From positions 1-62,280 of the IMG/VR virus record IMGVR_UViG_3300030106_001081: 62,280 nt of DNA; one strand, given 5' to 3'. The position numbers were made by a program, and so were the translations under genes. Below, piece by piece: positions 17,698-28,296 of this stretch (its first letter is position 1; each line of letters opens with the position of its first letter). The notes below the pieces were generated by a model. The model did no database searches and had not been told where the DNA came from. It was given only the letters and a program-made list of their open reading frames with translations. Source of the stretch: a virus. Lineage: Duplodnaviria > Caudoviricetes.

Positions 17698-20600
17698 TTA
17701 ATCTTCTTGGTAAGGAGAAACAAAAGCATCTATGGTAGACATTATTATGTTTGGAGGAGGTCCCCAATCTGCTCCGCTAAGTTGTAACCTACGTTTTGTA
17801 GCTTCGTTAAGTATAGCCCCATGATGTGCGTCCGCAGATATTTTAAAACTATTTATTAAAGACCTTTCAATGCCATCATAGTCTATTGCAAATTCAGGAT
17901 ATTTTTTATTATATTTTGTAATTTCTTTAAATATTTCAGGTAATTCATCTTGTTGTTGAAATCTTATCGCAGCAAATATTTTTCTATACAGACTGGTCCG
18001 TTTAGTTCTAATAGCCTTATCTATTTTTTTAAGTTGAGCATTTTCTTGTATTTGTCTAGAGTAATTAGAAGATGAAAAACCTAAAAACTGGGCAAGCACT
18101 CCCCCTGCACTAATATCTTCTACAATCTTATCCCCTCTTCTTGTTATAGCCGTGCCGTCACCAAAATCAGAAAAACGATATGCTTTAAGGGCATTCCTTA
18201 TAGCAGCGGGCAACATAGCCTCAAGACCTCTCATTTTAGCTCCTTCTTGAAAAAATAACTCGTTAGCCCCCCGAACAAAGCTATCAGATATACCCATGAC
18301 AGGTCCCCCTACTGCCATAAATGCTTGATATATTAATGGATTTTCACTTTGGTATATGTTCTTTCGGAAAAGTAAATTAGATAATCCAATACGTGTTGAC
18401 ACGTCAATACCAAGCAATGCGTTAGGTAAACCTCCGTACATACCTTCCTTTACATATTTACGAACAGTTGTTTCAAAATCATCCTCATCGTCGTCCTTAA
18501 AAAACGTATTCATAAAAGTAGCAAGTGTGCCAAATAATGGTACTCCTTGAACACCTGCTAATAACGCTGCAGAACCATAAGTCCCCGCAAGTTTCATTCT
18601 TGCAGAACGTCTTACCTCTTTACTTGCTCCTCTAAGAGCGTCATCTAAATTTTTACCAAGTATATACATCATGGATATACCAAATCGTTTAAATAAAAAT
18701 GCTACTTTACCAATGCCCTTTTGTGCAAATCTTGGAGCAGTTGTGGCTATGTTGCCACCATGAGTAAGTTCGGTTAAATACAAAGCTTTATCTGCAGAGT
18801 CTCGAATCATTTTGTTTGTAATTTTATCTTTTGCGTAGGCTTCTCCTAATTTAGCAGGGTCAATTTTTAATTTTTTTGCTAATTCTAATTCAAAAGCAGT
18901 CATCAATGTAACTTGTCTGTTATATCTTTCTGCATGATGAAATACAAACCCACTAATTTTGTTTATAAGTTCAAAGGGAATATATCCTCCTTCAGGGGGG
19001 CTTTCATAATCTAAAATATCTCCTGTTATACTTCTGTTTAAAGCCCCATTCTCTCTCCAATATTGCACAGCTACTCCAAGATGAGCTATGTCTTTGTTTT
19101 CTTTTGCAGAATAGTCTATATTATCTATAGAAAAACCACCTTCAACTTCTTTATCTTGATATTTTCCATCAGGACCCATTACAGTCACGGTTCTTTTAGA
19201 ACCTATGCTGCGAGTAAAAACTCTACTAGCTCTCCCTAAACTAGTGGTTACTCGCCCAACACCTCCATAATCAGGAGCAAATTGTGGCACTACAACTAAT
19301 GGTATCTGTGATAAGTTTACTACGGCAGAAGACACGTTTGCACCTAATGTAAAAGCAAAACCTGTGCTTGTAGCTACTTTTGCCCAATTTTGAACATATG
19401 GGTCTTGCATAAATTTAGCTCGTAGAGCCAATTCATCTCGTAGAATATAAATATTTTCGCTAACTCTAGCGTCACTCGCACCTTTTGGTATGGTTTCTTT
19501 TATATGTTTTTCTATTCTATCTACTACCTTTTGCACGTCTGCGGCATATTTTATTTGAGTGTATTGGCGAGCCATAGATTTAGCTTTATCTCTGAACCCT
19601 GCTATACCTGCTTCTACTACAGTGGCTTCTTTTACTTTTTGTAGTTTAGATAATGGAGTTGTATCATTAATAAACCCTCTAACACCTTCTCTAGAGCGGA
19701 AAGCTTGTAGTACAGATTGTTCTGGTAAAGCGTCTAAAAACATCTCAATTAATTTATCTTGCACGTCTGTTTCTACGCCTTCTTTTTTTAACATTTTTAA
19801 AACGTCGTTTACAAAAGACCCAGACGGAGCCTTTCTGTACGCATCACCTATTGTTTTACGTTCAAAGTTTTCTGTTTTAATACCATTAGCTTCTAACAAT
19901 TTAGCAGCTTTAGCTCGTTCTGCAGCACTTTCAAATAAATGCACAAACCGTTCATTTTTGTTGTCAGATAGTGGGTCTTTACCACTGTAAGATAGCCAGT
20001 AAGAACCTTTCCGTTGTAAAGAAAAATACGGGTCAATTATACCGCTTTCTTCTATTAATTTTTTATATATTTGACTTACTTTCTTTTTAACGGCCTCACC
20101 GTTTTTACCCACCTCATCTTTAACTCTATTGAGAAATAAGTCTTTTATTCTATTAAAACCTTCAGTGTTAATATTTTTCATTATGTTGTAAATATCTTGA
20201 CCTTTAGATTTTTCTATAGAATCCCAATCTTTTTGCATGTCATCCCACACCTGCAACTTTTCTTTAGAATTTTTAACTTTATTAGTTGGGGTGCTTATAT
20301 AATTTTGTCTGGGTTTACTTGGGTCCACTTGATTTAAAGTTGCTTTTGCTTGCAACCGTAAAATTTTAACCATGTCTTCTTTGTTAGTTCGACCCCATTT
20401 TGTTATATCTTTTATGGTTTGGTCTAGACCACTTGTTATAGTGTCATATTCACCTGTTTGTTTTCTTGCTATTTTATTTAATTCATTAGCTAGATTAACA
20501 CCTTTCCTAGTAAAATATTTTTTTACCATTCTTGTATCAGCAAGCATATTTAATGCCCACAAACCTAACCACCCAGATTTAACTTTACTCGGTACTCGTT

Positions 20601-23600
20601 GAGCCATTAAATTGTCTAATATACTACTGGATTGTTCAGCGGTAATTTCTATTAATTCTGGCGAAGCATCATCAAATTCTTTTTTAGCTTTTTTGGGAGA
20701 AGCCATATAAAACTCTCCTGCATCTCTAAACTTTGGCGCAGGGGCTAGTAAGCTATTAATGAGTCTATCAGTTTTATATTCAGTCCAAGGTATTGTTGGT
20801 TTGTTAGATATTTGCGCAGTGCGACCAAGAACTCTTAACAAGTTATCAATTATATGTTTAATTCTATCAAGCGCCGTTCTTATAACAGATTCTTTTTGGT
20901 CTATGACCTGTGCAACTTTTGCTTGAAAATCTGGGTTACTAAATATTTCAGATACAAACTCATCTAAAGAAGTTGTGCCATATTCAGAATCTATGTTCTT
21001 TTTTATATAATTATATTGTTTAGTAAGTGCTTTTGTTGTTTGACTTGATTTGTTTTTTAACTGTGCCGATACAGCAGCATGTGTCATTTCATGCAATATG
21101 GTATGAGTATTAAGACCGTAGTTTGCGTTTAATTTTATAGTATTTGTTTTAGGGTCAAACGACCCCGCAGCATCTAAATTTTTAACAATTTGAAATTTAG
21201 TAGTGCCAACCACAGTGGCTAATGTTTCTGCGATCCTAGCTACTCTTTCGTTTTTATTTGTAGCTCCTATAGCGAGTAATGTATTTTTTAAATTGCCTGA
21301 AGATAAAGCTCTTAACACCATGTTATGTAACGGTATATCGATACCAGTTATCTCGTCTATTGGTAGGTCTAATTCTTGTTTCCTTGCTGCTTCTATCGCT
21401 GCATCATCATATTCTGTTGCTATTTGTTCTGCATCTTCCGCAGCTTGTATATCTGCTCTATCCCTCTTTACTACACCTCTTGTAATTATTCTATTACCTG
21501 CTTTAGCAGACTGTACTGCACCTTCAAACCAAGTTTGTACTTCCTTACTAAGATTTTTGTTAACCCACTCTTGTACTTGTTTTCCTAAGTTAGAACCCGT
21601 GCCTTTATATATCTCAAGCTCAAGATCACCGTAAAGTGGTACACCATTCTTAGTGGTGTTTATTGTTGGAGGGCTAAGAGCTATATCTTGCGCAGCCGAT
21701 AGTAATCTCTCTAACACAGAAGGAGTTCTGCTAAAAAACTCTTGTACTTTTTTCTCGTAGTTTACATCAGACTTTTTCTTTGGGTCTTTAGATGGAACAC
21801 GTTCAGGTAATTTTTTTCCTATAAGTTGAGTAACTTTATCTATATCTTTTGCGGTTAATGGGTCAGCTTCTAGTGTTTCAGCTTCTTTCTTTTCAAACTC
21901 TAATTGTTTTTTAGTTTCATTAAGATTTTGTTTTAACGTTTTTATACGTCTAAGGTCTAATTGAGCTTCATCTTTTTGACGTTCTGTTAAATTTTTACCT
22001 TCAGTTTGTTTTTTTGCTATTTCTTTTTCTTGAACTTCTATGTTTTTATTAAGTGTATTTATTTTATTTTGTAGAAGTCTAGACTTTTGCACAGGAGTAC
22101 CTAAACCCTCCATATCGTCCCCATACTTACGAGTAAAATCTTTTAATGTTTTTATCCTAGGAGTTGTTTCAGGAGTATTGAAGAATTGCGCTGTACGAGC
22201 AATAATGCTATCTGCTTTTTGTCTTGTTTTTCTTTCTTTAATACGTGCATCTATAGCACCCACTTCAACACCCTCTACCGCACTTATAATTTTACTTGAT
22301 AATTTAGCAGTGTCGTCACCGCCTTTTAATTTTTTAGTTGTCTCTGTACGGGCATCGACTTCTTGAACACTTTCTGCTAACGGGACAGGTTTTCCTTTTG
22401 TAATTATTTTTTTCTTACCTTTTACGACTGCAGGTACTACTTTTGTTTCTTTGAGCAAAGATTTTAAAGGCTTCGGGTAAACAGAAGTTACGGCGGGTTC
22501 TTTTTTCTCCGTAGGTTTTTTCTGGTCAAGATTATAGAAAGAACGAACTTCATCTATTAAATCTTGTCGAGCTTTTGTTTCTTCTTCAAGGGTTGCATCC
22601 ATTCTTCCAGAGGCAAGATATCCTGGTTGGCTTTGATTAAAATCTTCTGGAGTTTTTATTTCTTCATCTCTTATTCTATTTGTTATAGTAGACTCCATTC
22701 TTAAATTAAAATCTACAGCCCCAGTTCTAGGAGTTTTTAAAACTCTACCTTTAAGGTTAGAAACGTCAACAAGCACTTCTTGTTGTTCTTTGATTAAGTT
22801 CTTTGCACGATCTACAGGATTTTTTACTTCGCTACTAGATGGTGTGGCTTTCCCTATACCAAGCTCTTTAACTTTTTTATTGTGTTTTTGTTCTAAACTA
22901 TCTGAGAGTGCAGGCATATAGGCTTTAATATCTTTTCTTGGAACATCATACCTAATTACTCTTTGAAAATCGCCGACTCTATTTTTTGTAGCCTCCATAG
23001 TGGATTGTGTTGCTAGTTTAACAAAAGCGGCACTTCCTTTAGGAGTCAAAGAAGCAGAGACAAGCTTTTCTTGTTTAGGTTTTGTTTTTTTGTCGTATGC
23101 AATAAATCTATATACAGGTATTGTATCTCCTTCAGGTAAACCTGTTACAGCACGTTTAGATAATTCAGGACTTTCTTCTATTTTTTTAACTACAGTGTCT
23201 CTACCTGTTCTTTCATCGTTAACATAAGCTACTACTGTTTCTTCTGGCGATAACGTATCTGTGTTTAATGCACTGTCGTCTCCGACTTCTCTATCATCAA
23301 CTCCTCCAGTAACTGACTTATCTTCTTCCACTCCTTCGGTTTCAGATGCTCTAATTCTTTTGGGATCAACAAGTTCTTCTTCGGTCTCCTCGACAACATC
23401 ACTCTTTGTATCATCTTGAACGCCAACTCTAGCTCCTGCTGTGTCAATAATTGCATTTTTCTCTCCTACTGGTATTGTTGTTACACCTTCTTCTGTTGTG
23501 TACGCAAGTAATTCTTTTTCTGCTTTAGCTTTTGCACCTTCTGCTTTAATTTGTTCTTTTCGTACTCTTTCTAACTCTGTTGTTAAATCTGTTACATCTT

Positions 23601-24813
23601 TTGCAAGACTATCTTCATCTGTTTTGCCCTCTATAGGGTCATCTGGAAAAAACATTTTATCAATAGCAGCTTCGTCTCTTTCCCTCATTCTTTTTTGAGT
23701 TACATCTATTGGTTCTGTTTCAGGAGTAATAATACCCGTGAATTTTTGTAACTCATCAGCTAATTCTTTGTCAGCTTTTCTTTTTTGTTTTTCTAATCTT
23801 CTTAACTCGTTGCTCTCTAATTCATCTACAGTTCTCTCGTCATCTCCAATAGTTGCATCGCCTTGAAGTATATTAGTAGCACCTCTTACTGTACCACCTA
23901 CAAGTGCCGCTGCCCTACCCGCTTCTACATACTCACTTATAGCTTCATCACTAAATAAATCTAACCCCGCCTGCGCTCTTTCAATTACTTGTTGCCCTAT
24001 TTCTGTAGGAACTTCTGCTACTGCACCTACACCTACACCTTTAACTGCCCTAGTAAATAAACCCCCACCCCGTAACATTTTAGGAGTAATAAACTTACCA
24101 AACAATAATTTGTCAGCTATACCTTCTAAAGCTGCTTGCGGTATAGATGAGAAAAACGCCGCACCTTCGTTTACTTCTGTTCTAAGTCCTTGATCTATAG
24201 CTTCTTTTTGTCGTTCTCTATTAAGACCATAAAAAAGAGGAATTTGTGTAAGTGCGGCTGCCCCCGCTGCTATAATAAAGGCAGGTACTGCACCGACTAC
24301 GGCTGCAGGTGCGGCTAATGCTGCTATTCCTAGCCCCGCTGCACCGATAGCAAGTTGAGGAGCTTGTTCTCCAAGCACTTGTGCATAATAACCTAAAGCC
24401 CCTTCACCTCTAGCTCTACTTTGAGCCTCTAACCTGTTACGCTCTGCAACCTCTGCGCCATATTCTTCTAGCCCCTCTGCACCTGTAATTCTTCCAATGC
24501 CTTCAAGAGTAGAACCTGTAGCTTGTTGTATTACGTCAATACCAGATTTAACTCCTCCAACAAAAGCGCTATCGTCTTGTTGTTGTGCTACTCCTAATTC
24601 TTCTAATATAGATTGTTTTAAAGCTTCTCTATCTTCAAGATCAGTGGTTAAAGGAGTATCTACTTCAGGAGTTGTAGTTGAAGGAATAAGTTGTTGTTCT
24701 GCAAGTATGCCTTGTAAAGCCCCTATTATTTGAGACTCACTAGCTCCTCTAGGTCCTTTAAGCCTGTATATTTGTCCATCAGGACCTTGAACTCTATATA
24801 TTTGTTCAGACAC
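17698..24813 (-). CDS. giant internal virion/ejection protein with ART-like and HExxH metallopeptidase-like domains
   Basis: 2371 aa, last large gene of the structural arm; hydrophobic Ala/Gly N-region; VYR..SASL..QQEVLV; HEMTH..DEFVSE. Confidence 0.75.
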   Translation of the reverse strand: MSEQIYRVQGPDGQIYRLKGPRGASESQIIGALQGILAEQQLIPSTTTPEVDTPLTTDLEDREALKQSILEELGVAQQQDDSAFVGGVKSGIDVIQQATGSTLEGIGRITGAEGLEEYGAEVAERNRLEAQSRARGEGALGYYAQVLGEQAPQLAIGAAGLGIAALAAPAAVVGAVPAFIIAAGAAALTQIPLFYGLNRERQKEAIDQGLRTEVNEGAAFFSSIPQAALEGIADKLLFGKFITPKMLRGGGLFTRAVKGVGVGAVAEVPTEIGQQVIERAQAGLDLFSDEAISEYVEAGRAAALVGGTVRGATNILQGDATIGDDERTVDELESNELRRLEKQKRKADKELADELQKFTGIITPETEPIDVTQKRMRERDEAAIDKMFFPDDPIEGKTDEDSLAKDVTDLTTELERVRKEQIKAEGAKAKAEKELLAYTTEEGVTTIPVGEKNAIIDTAGARVGVQDDTKSDVVEETEEELVDPKRIRASETEGVEEDKSVTGGVDDREVGDDSALNTDTLSPEETVVAYVNDERTGRDTVVKKIEESPELSKRAVTGLPEGDTIPVYRFIAYDKKTKPKQEKLVSASLTPKGSAAFVKLATQSTMEATKNRVGDFQRVIRYDVPRKDIKAYMPALSDSLEQKHNKKVKELGIGKATPSSSEVKNPVDRAKNLIKEQQEVLVDVSNLKGRVLKTPRTGAVDFNLRMESTITNRIRDEEIKTPEDFNQSQPGYLASGRMDATLEEETKARQDLIDEVRSFYNLDQKKPTEKKEPAVTSVYPKPLKSLLKETKVVPAVVKGKKKIITKGKPVPLAESVQEVDARTETTKKLKGGDDTAKLSSKIISAVEGVEVGAIDARIKERKTRQKADSIIARTAQFFNTPETTPRIKTLKDFTRKYGDDMEGLGTPVQKSRLLQNKINTLNKNIEVQEKEIAKKQTEGKNLTERQKDEAQLDLRRIKTLKQNLNETKKQLEFEKKEAETLEADPLTAKDIDKVTQLIGKKLPERVPSKDPKKKSDVNYEKKVQEFFSRTPSVLERLLSAAQDIALSPPTINTTKNGVPLYGDLELEIYKGTGSNLGKQVQEWVNKNLSKEVQTWFEGAVQSAKAGNRIITRGVVKRDRADIQAAEDAEQIATEYDDAAIEAARKQELDLPIDEITGIDIPLHNMVLRALSSGNLKNTLLAIGATNKNERVARIAETLATVVGTTKFQIVKNLDAAGSFDPKTNTIKLNANYGLNTHTILHEMTHAAVSAQLKNKSSQTTKALTKQYNYIKKNIDSEYGTTSLDEFVSEIFSNPDFQAKVAQVIDQKESVIRTALDRIKHIIDNLLRVLGRTAQISNKPTIPWTEYKTDRLINSLLAPAPKFRDAGEFYMASPKKAKKEFDDASPELIEITAEQSSSILDNLMAQRVPSKVKSGWLGLWALNMLADTRMVKKYFTRKGVNLANELNKIARKQTGEYDTITSGLDQTIKDITKWGRTNKEDMVKILRLQAKATLNQVDPSKPRQNYISTPTNKVKNSKEKLQVWDDMQKDWDSIEKSKGQDIYNIMKNINTEGFNRIKDLFLNRVKDEVGKNGEAVKKKVSQIYKKLIEESGIIDPYFSLQRKGSYWLSYSGKDPLSDNKNERFVHLFESAAERAKAAKLLEANGIKTENFERKTIGDAYRKAPSGSFVNDVLKMLKKEGVETDVQDKLIEMFLDALPEQSVLQAFRSREGVRGFINDTTPLSKLQKVKEATVVEAGIAGFRDKAKSMARQYTQIKYAADVQKVVDRIEKHIKETIPKGASDARVSENIYILRDELALRAKFMQDPYVQNWAKVATSTGFAFTLGANVSSAVVNLSQIPLVVVPQFAPDYGGVGRVTTSLGRASRVFTRSIGSKRTVTVMGPDGKYQDKEVEGGFSIDNIDYSAKENKDIAHLGVAVQYWRENGALNRSITGDILDYESPPEGGYIPFELINKISGFVFHHAERYNRQVTLMTAFELELAKKLKIDPAKLGEAYAKDKITNKMIRDSADKALYLTELTHGGNIATTAPRFAQKGIGKVAFLFKRFGISMMYILGKNLDDALRGASKEVRRSARMKLAGTYGSAALLAGVQGVPLFGTLATFMNTFFKDDDEDDFETTVRKYVKEGMYGGLPNALLGIDVSTRIGLSNLLFRKNIYQSENPLIYQAFMAVGGPVMGISDSFVRGANELFFQEGAKMRGLEAMLPAAIRNALKAYRFSDFGDGTAITRRGDKIVEDISAGGVLAQFLGFSSSNYSRQIQENAQLKKIDKAIRTKRTSLYRKIFAAIRFQQQDELPEIFKEITKYNKKYPEFAIDYDGIERSLINSFKISADAHHGAILNEATKRRLQLSGADWGPPPNIIMSTIDAFVSPYQED

Positions 24814-24822
24814 ATTTAACCC

Positions 24823-26652
24823 CTAGCGAGATGGAAGAAGAGTAAAACCGCCGAAGCTACCACCGTATTTAATTCCACCCAATGCTGCAAGTTTACTATC
24901 TATTTGCGCTAGTAACGCATCATTCTCGTCTTTAAGCTTTTTCATATAATCTAGAGCTTTCTTTCTAACATCTCTTTTATTCATTATAGCATCTGCTTTT
25001 CTTTCCTTATCAAACGAGGTAGTGTCGCTCATAAAAGATATTTCTTGTTCAAGCTTTGCAAGAGTCTCTCCCATAGTTTTCTCAAGTCTAGCAATATTAG
25101 CAGCTGTTTGTGCTTTTGCGCTTGATTTTAAAGTAACCAAAGTATTAAAATCATTAGAACGGTTTAACTCTCGTCTAAGTTTTGTGTTTGCGTCTATCTG
25201 CAATAGTGTTGCTTGAAACGTTTGATTTACTATGTCAGCTTTTAATTTGTTATCAACATTCTTTAAACCTATTTCTACGAAAGTCTTAAAATTTGTCGCC
25301 GCATTTGCTAAATCTGCATCTATATCTTTCCAATCTGCTGCTATAAACAATTTAGCATTATTATTTATTTGCCCTAATACATCTTTGTTTAATCCTACGC
25401 TCATTCCTGCAGCTTGGAATTTTTTATTTACCTCGTCTCGATACCTTTCCGCACCTGCTTGAAATACTTCTTTTCGTATACCCATAGCATCACGTACCGC
25501 TTGGTTATTTAAATTAAAATACTGTTGGCTTAACCCTCTTTCAACTTCGCCCCTCGCTGCTTTTGAAGTTTCTTCTTTTCCCTCTTGTCTTGATAAAGCT
25601 CTAATACCTCCACCAATTCCACCTAAAGCGCCTCCAGTTATTAAAGCATTAAGTCGTCTTTTTCTTTCCTCTTCAGGAGAATACATACGAGCGGATTCAG
25701 CTTGGTAATCAGTTAAATTTTTTAGTATTCTAGCTCTTTCTCCCGCCATTAACTCTTGTTCACTAGGAGACATACCAATATATTTTTGAGCCTCTTCCAT
25801 GTAACTTTTTCTAAATGCGTCTTCGTCTCTCCCCATTTGCGCCTCAAGAAAAGCGCCAACGCCCCCTTCTCCTAATATCTTTCGTGCCTCATCCTTACCG
25901 ATAATGTTACCGATTAAAGCTGTAGAATAGTCAGTGCCTTCAGGGCGTTTAAATTCTGGGACATCTATTTTATCTTCAGTTACAGTCTGCCGTAGCATAG
26001 CTTGTTTTGCGTTATATTTGTCTATCAAAGATTGTTTTGCTATTTCTATAGGATTACCTTTAGTTAAGCCAGGATTATTGGCGGCATTAAGTCTTGCTAT
26101 TTCAGCTTGAATCTCTTCTGCTGTAAATTCTGGTACAGAGCTACCTGTTTGAAATTTTGGCATTATACCGCCCGATTTAGCGGCTAGTGTAGTACCTTGT
26201 AGAGTTCCAAGACCTTGTTTTTTAGTTGCAGGTCTAGACATAGCCGCAGGTATACCCATAGGTCGTCTTGCGGCATTGGTTGCAAGTTTGTTCATCGCTG
26301 CTTTTTTTCGCTTGTTCATATTTGCATACGCACCGCCAATTTGACTTGCCATCTCTTGTGTTTTTGTGCCAACAACAGTTTGTGCTAGTTTATCTTTAAC
26401 TGTCATGTTAGCTTCAGGATTCATGTTTGCTTGTTTTATTGCTAAATCTCTTGATATTGCATCTTGTTCACTTTTAATTTGTTGGAGCGCCAAAAGATCA
26501 AGTAACTCCCTAGACATCTGATACCGTTCTTGTAACTTTTTTGGATTACTTTTGTATGTTCGCACCCTATCAGAAACTTCTTTATTAAGATCAACTCCCA
26601 TAGTCCTTTGAGCCGTAATAGGATTAGATAAATTTTCTGCTATGCCTGCCAT
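24823..26652 (-). CDS. putative internal virion (ejection) protein
   Basis: 609 aa, helical, GGALGGIGGG segment, within the ejection-protein block. Confidence 0.65.
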   Translation of the reverse strand: MAGIAENLSNPITAQRTMGVDLNKEVSDRVRTYKSNPKKLQERYQMSRELLDLLALQQIKSEQDAISRDLAIKQANMNPEANMTVKDKLAQTVVGTKTQEMASQIGGAYANMNKRKKAAMNKLATNAARRPMGIPAAMSRPATKKQGLGTLQGTTLAAKSGGIMPKFQTGSSVPEFTAEEIQAEIARLNAANNPGLTKGNPIEIAKQSLIDKYNAKQAMLRQTVTEDKIDVPEFKRPEGTDYSTALIGNIIGKDEARKILGEGGVGAFLEAQMGRDEDAFRKSYMEEAQKYIGMSPSEQELMAGERARILKNLTDYQAESARMYSPEEERKRRLNALITGGALGGIGGGIRALSRQEGKEETSKAARGEVERGLSQQYFNLNNQAVRDAMGIRKEVFQAGAERYRDEVNKKFQAAGMSVGLNKDVLGQINNNAKLFIAADWKDIDADLANAATNFKTFVEIGLKNVDNKLKADIVNQTFQATLLQIDANTKLRRELNRSNDFNTLVTLKSSAKAQTAANIARLEKTMGETLAKLEQEISFMSDTTSFDKERKADAIMNKRDVRKKALDYMKKLKDENDALLAQIDSKLAALGGIKYGGSFGGFTLLPSR

Positions 26653-27504
26653 TTACCCACCTCCACTAGTTGGACTAAATAAATTCAATAATTCAGTAAT
26701 AGTTTTCGCTGCTCCAAGTCCTGATTGATAAGCAGAAGGTTGTGAATAACTATAACTTTCTGTGGCAATAGGTAATCCTTGTAACAATGATTGCGCATAT
26801 TGTAGCTGCTTATACGGATAATCACGTTCTTCTTCAAACTGTAACTTGTCAGCAGTTATACCCTCAGACTCTATACCTCTTTGCACACCGCCCGCTCCTA
26901 ACTGCGCTGCTAAAGCATCTAATCCAAATCTATCTCTCCTTGTGCTTGCGTCTAACCCTCTATCTTGCTGTACGTTAAATTGATCCACCGCTCTATCATA
27001 AGCATCCCTGTACCCCGTGCCTGTAATGCCCGCTAGGTTACGTAATAAAGCTTCTTGATTTGCTGCCTCCATCACAGCTTGGCGACCTCCGCCAAAAGAC
27101 CCCGCCTGCATTAATCGGCTTGCAGTTCTTTGTCTTTCTAGATCAGATTGCCGTCTTGCCTCCTCTAGTTGAGGATTTAATGCAGCCATAAGGTAAGGGT
27201 TCATAAGTCCTTGTGCTGCTGTAGCCGTAAGCTCTTCAGGTGCATATGTTCCCATTGTATCTGTTGGTATAGTTAAACCCGCAAGTCCGCCAAAAGCTGT
27301 TTCCTGTAAACCCGAAGCGCCTGCGGTCAAAGGGCCTGTATAAGCTTCATAAGGAGTATCAGCAAGTGCTGCTCCTTTACCCAACATATCTGTAACATAA
27401 GGACCAACGTAAGGAGACAGCGAGGATTCAACTCCTGTTCTAGTCCCTACAGCGGGATCATCAATATCAGCAAGATCAGCTATTGGGTTTGTTTCTTCAA
27501 CCAT
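26653..27504 (-). CDS. putative DNA-injection/pilot protein
   Basis: Gly/Ala/Gln-rich; YEAYTG, MNPY, GSFGGGRQA. Confidence 0.65.
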   Translation of the reverse strand: MVEETNPIADLADIDDPAVGTRTGVESSLSPYVGPYVTDMLGKGAALADTPYEAYTGPLTAGASGLQETAFGGLAGLTIPTDTMGTYAPEELTATAAQGLMNPYLMAALNPQLEEARRQSDLERQRTASRLMQAGSFGGGRQAVMEAANQEALLRNLAGITGTGYRDAYDRAVDQFNVQQDRGLDASTRRDRFGLDALAAQLGAGGVQRGIESEGITADKLQFEEERDYPYKQLQYAQSLLQGLPIATESYSYSQPSAYQSGLGAAKTITELLNLFSPTSGGG

Positions 27505-27513
27505 ATCTATCTC

Positions 27514-28296
27514 CTATGCGGGTAGTAACTTGTTAGGGTCTATCTCTTTACCCTGCTTACCGTTTCCAGTACGTGCTTTGCGTATACGCTCCATCATTTT
27601 ATCTAATATCTTAGCCCCTGCATCTGAATTACCGTTACCCAAATGACTTACAACATCTGCAGGAATTACATATTCCCCACCACTTAAAGCAGCGGGTTGT
27701 GTTTTGTCTATTGTTGCGGGTATTTTATCTGCCATACCATCACTGGACGACCTCAAGTATCGCCCTTTTGCAAGCCCTGCTAAACCACCTGTTGCCATAG
27801 TTTGAGTTTCTTCTACAGGAAATTCGTCTGCCATTGTGTATGTTGGCACAGGTAGTAAATTAGCTACTCCAGAAGCAGGTAAAGTTACTTTTGGACCTGT
27901 AAGTGACGGTATTGCTATTTTATTCTCTATTTCTTCTCTTGCAGGGTTAGCCCTGTTAAGATTAGCTAGTCCATATGCTTGTTCTGCTGCATTTAATTGA
28001 ACTTGAGACAATGGTGTTTGTTTATTAGGGTCAGTCTCATCTAAATTTACAAATCTAGTATCTGTAAAATATCGTTGCCCACTACTCCCTGGACGACGTG
28101 CAGGATCATATGTGCCTTGAACACGATCACGTACAACCCTGTAATTGGGGATGCTACCTTGATACCCCCTTGGACCTGTATTTCTAGCACCTGTAAGATT
28201 ATCAAGAAGTCCTGTCATACCTGCAAGGCCCGTTAACGCAATAGCTTCCGATTTATTATCTTGTAAATACTTTAACGCTGTGTCTAACCAACTCAT
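27514..28296 (-). CDS. putative internal virion protein
   Basis: C-terminal DGMAD.IPA...LSGGEYVIPADVVS.LGNG.S.AGA domain; MATGGLA motif. Confidence 0.65.
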   Translation of the reverse strand: MSWLDTALKYLQDNKSEAIALTGLAGMTGLLDNLTGARNTGPRGYQGSIPNYRVVRDRVQGTYDPARRPGSSGQRYFTDTRFVNLDETDPNKQTPLSQVQLNAAEQAYGLANLNRANPAREEIENKIAIPSLTGPKVTLPASGVANLLPVPTYTMADEFPVEETQTMATGGLAGLAKGRYLRSSSDGMADKIPATIDKTQPAALSGGEYVIPADVVSHLGNGNSDAGAKILDKMMERIRKARTGNGKQGKEIDPNKLLPA

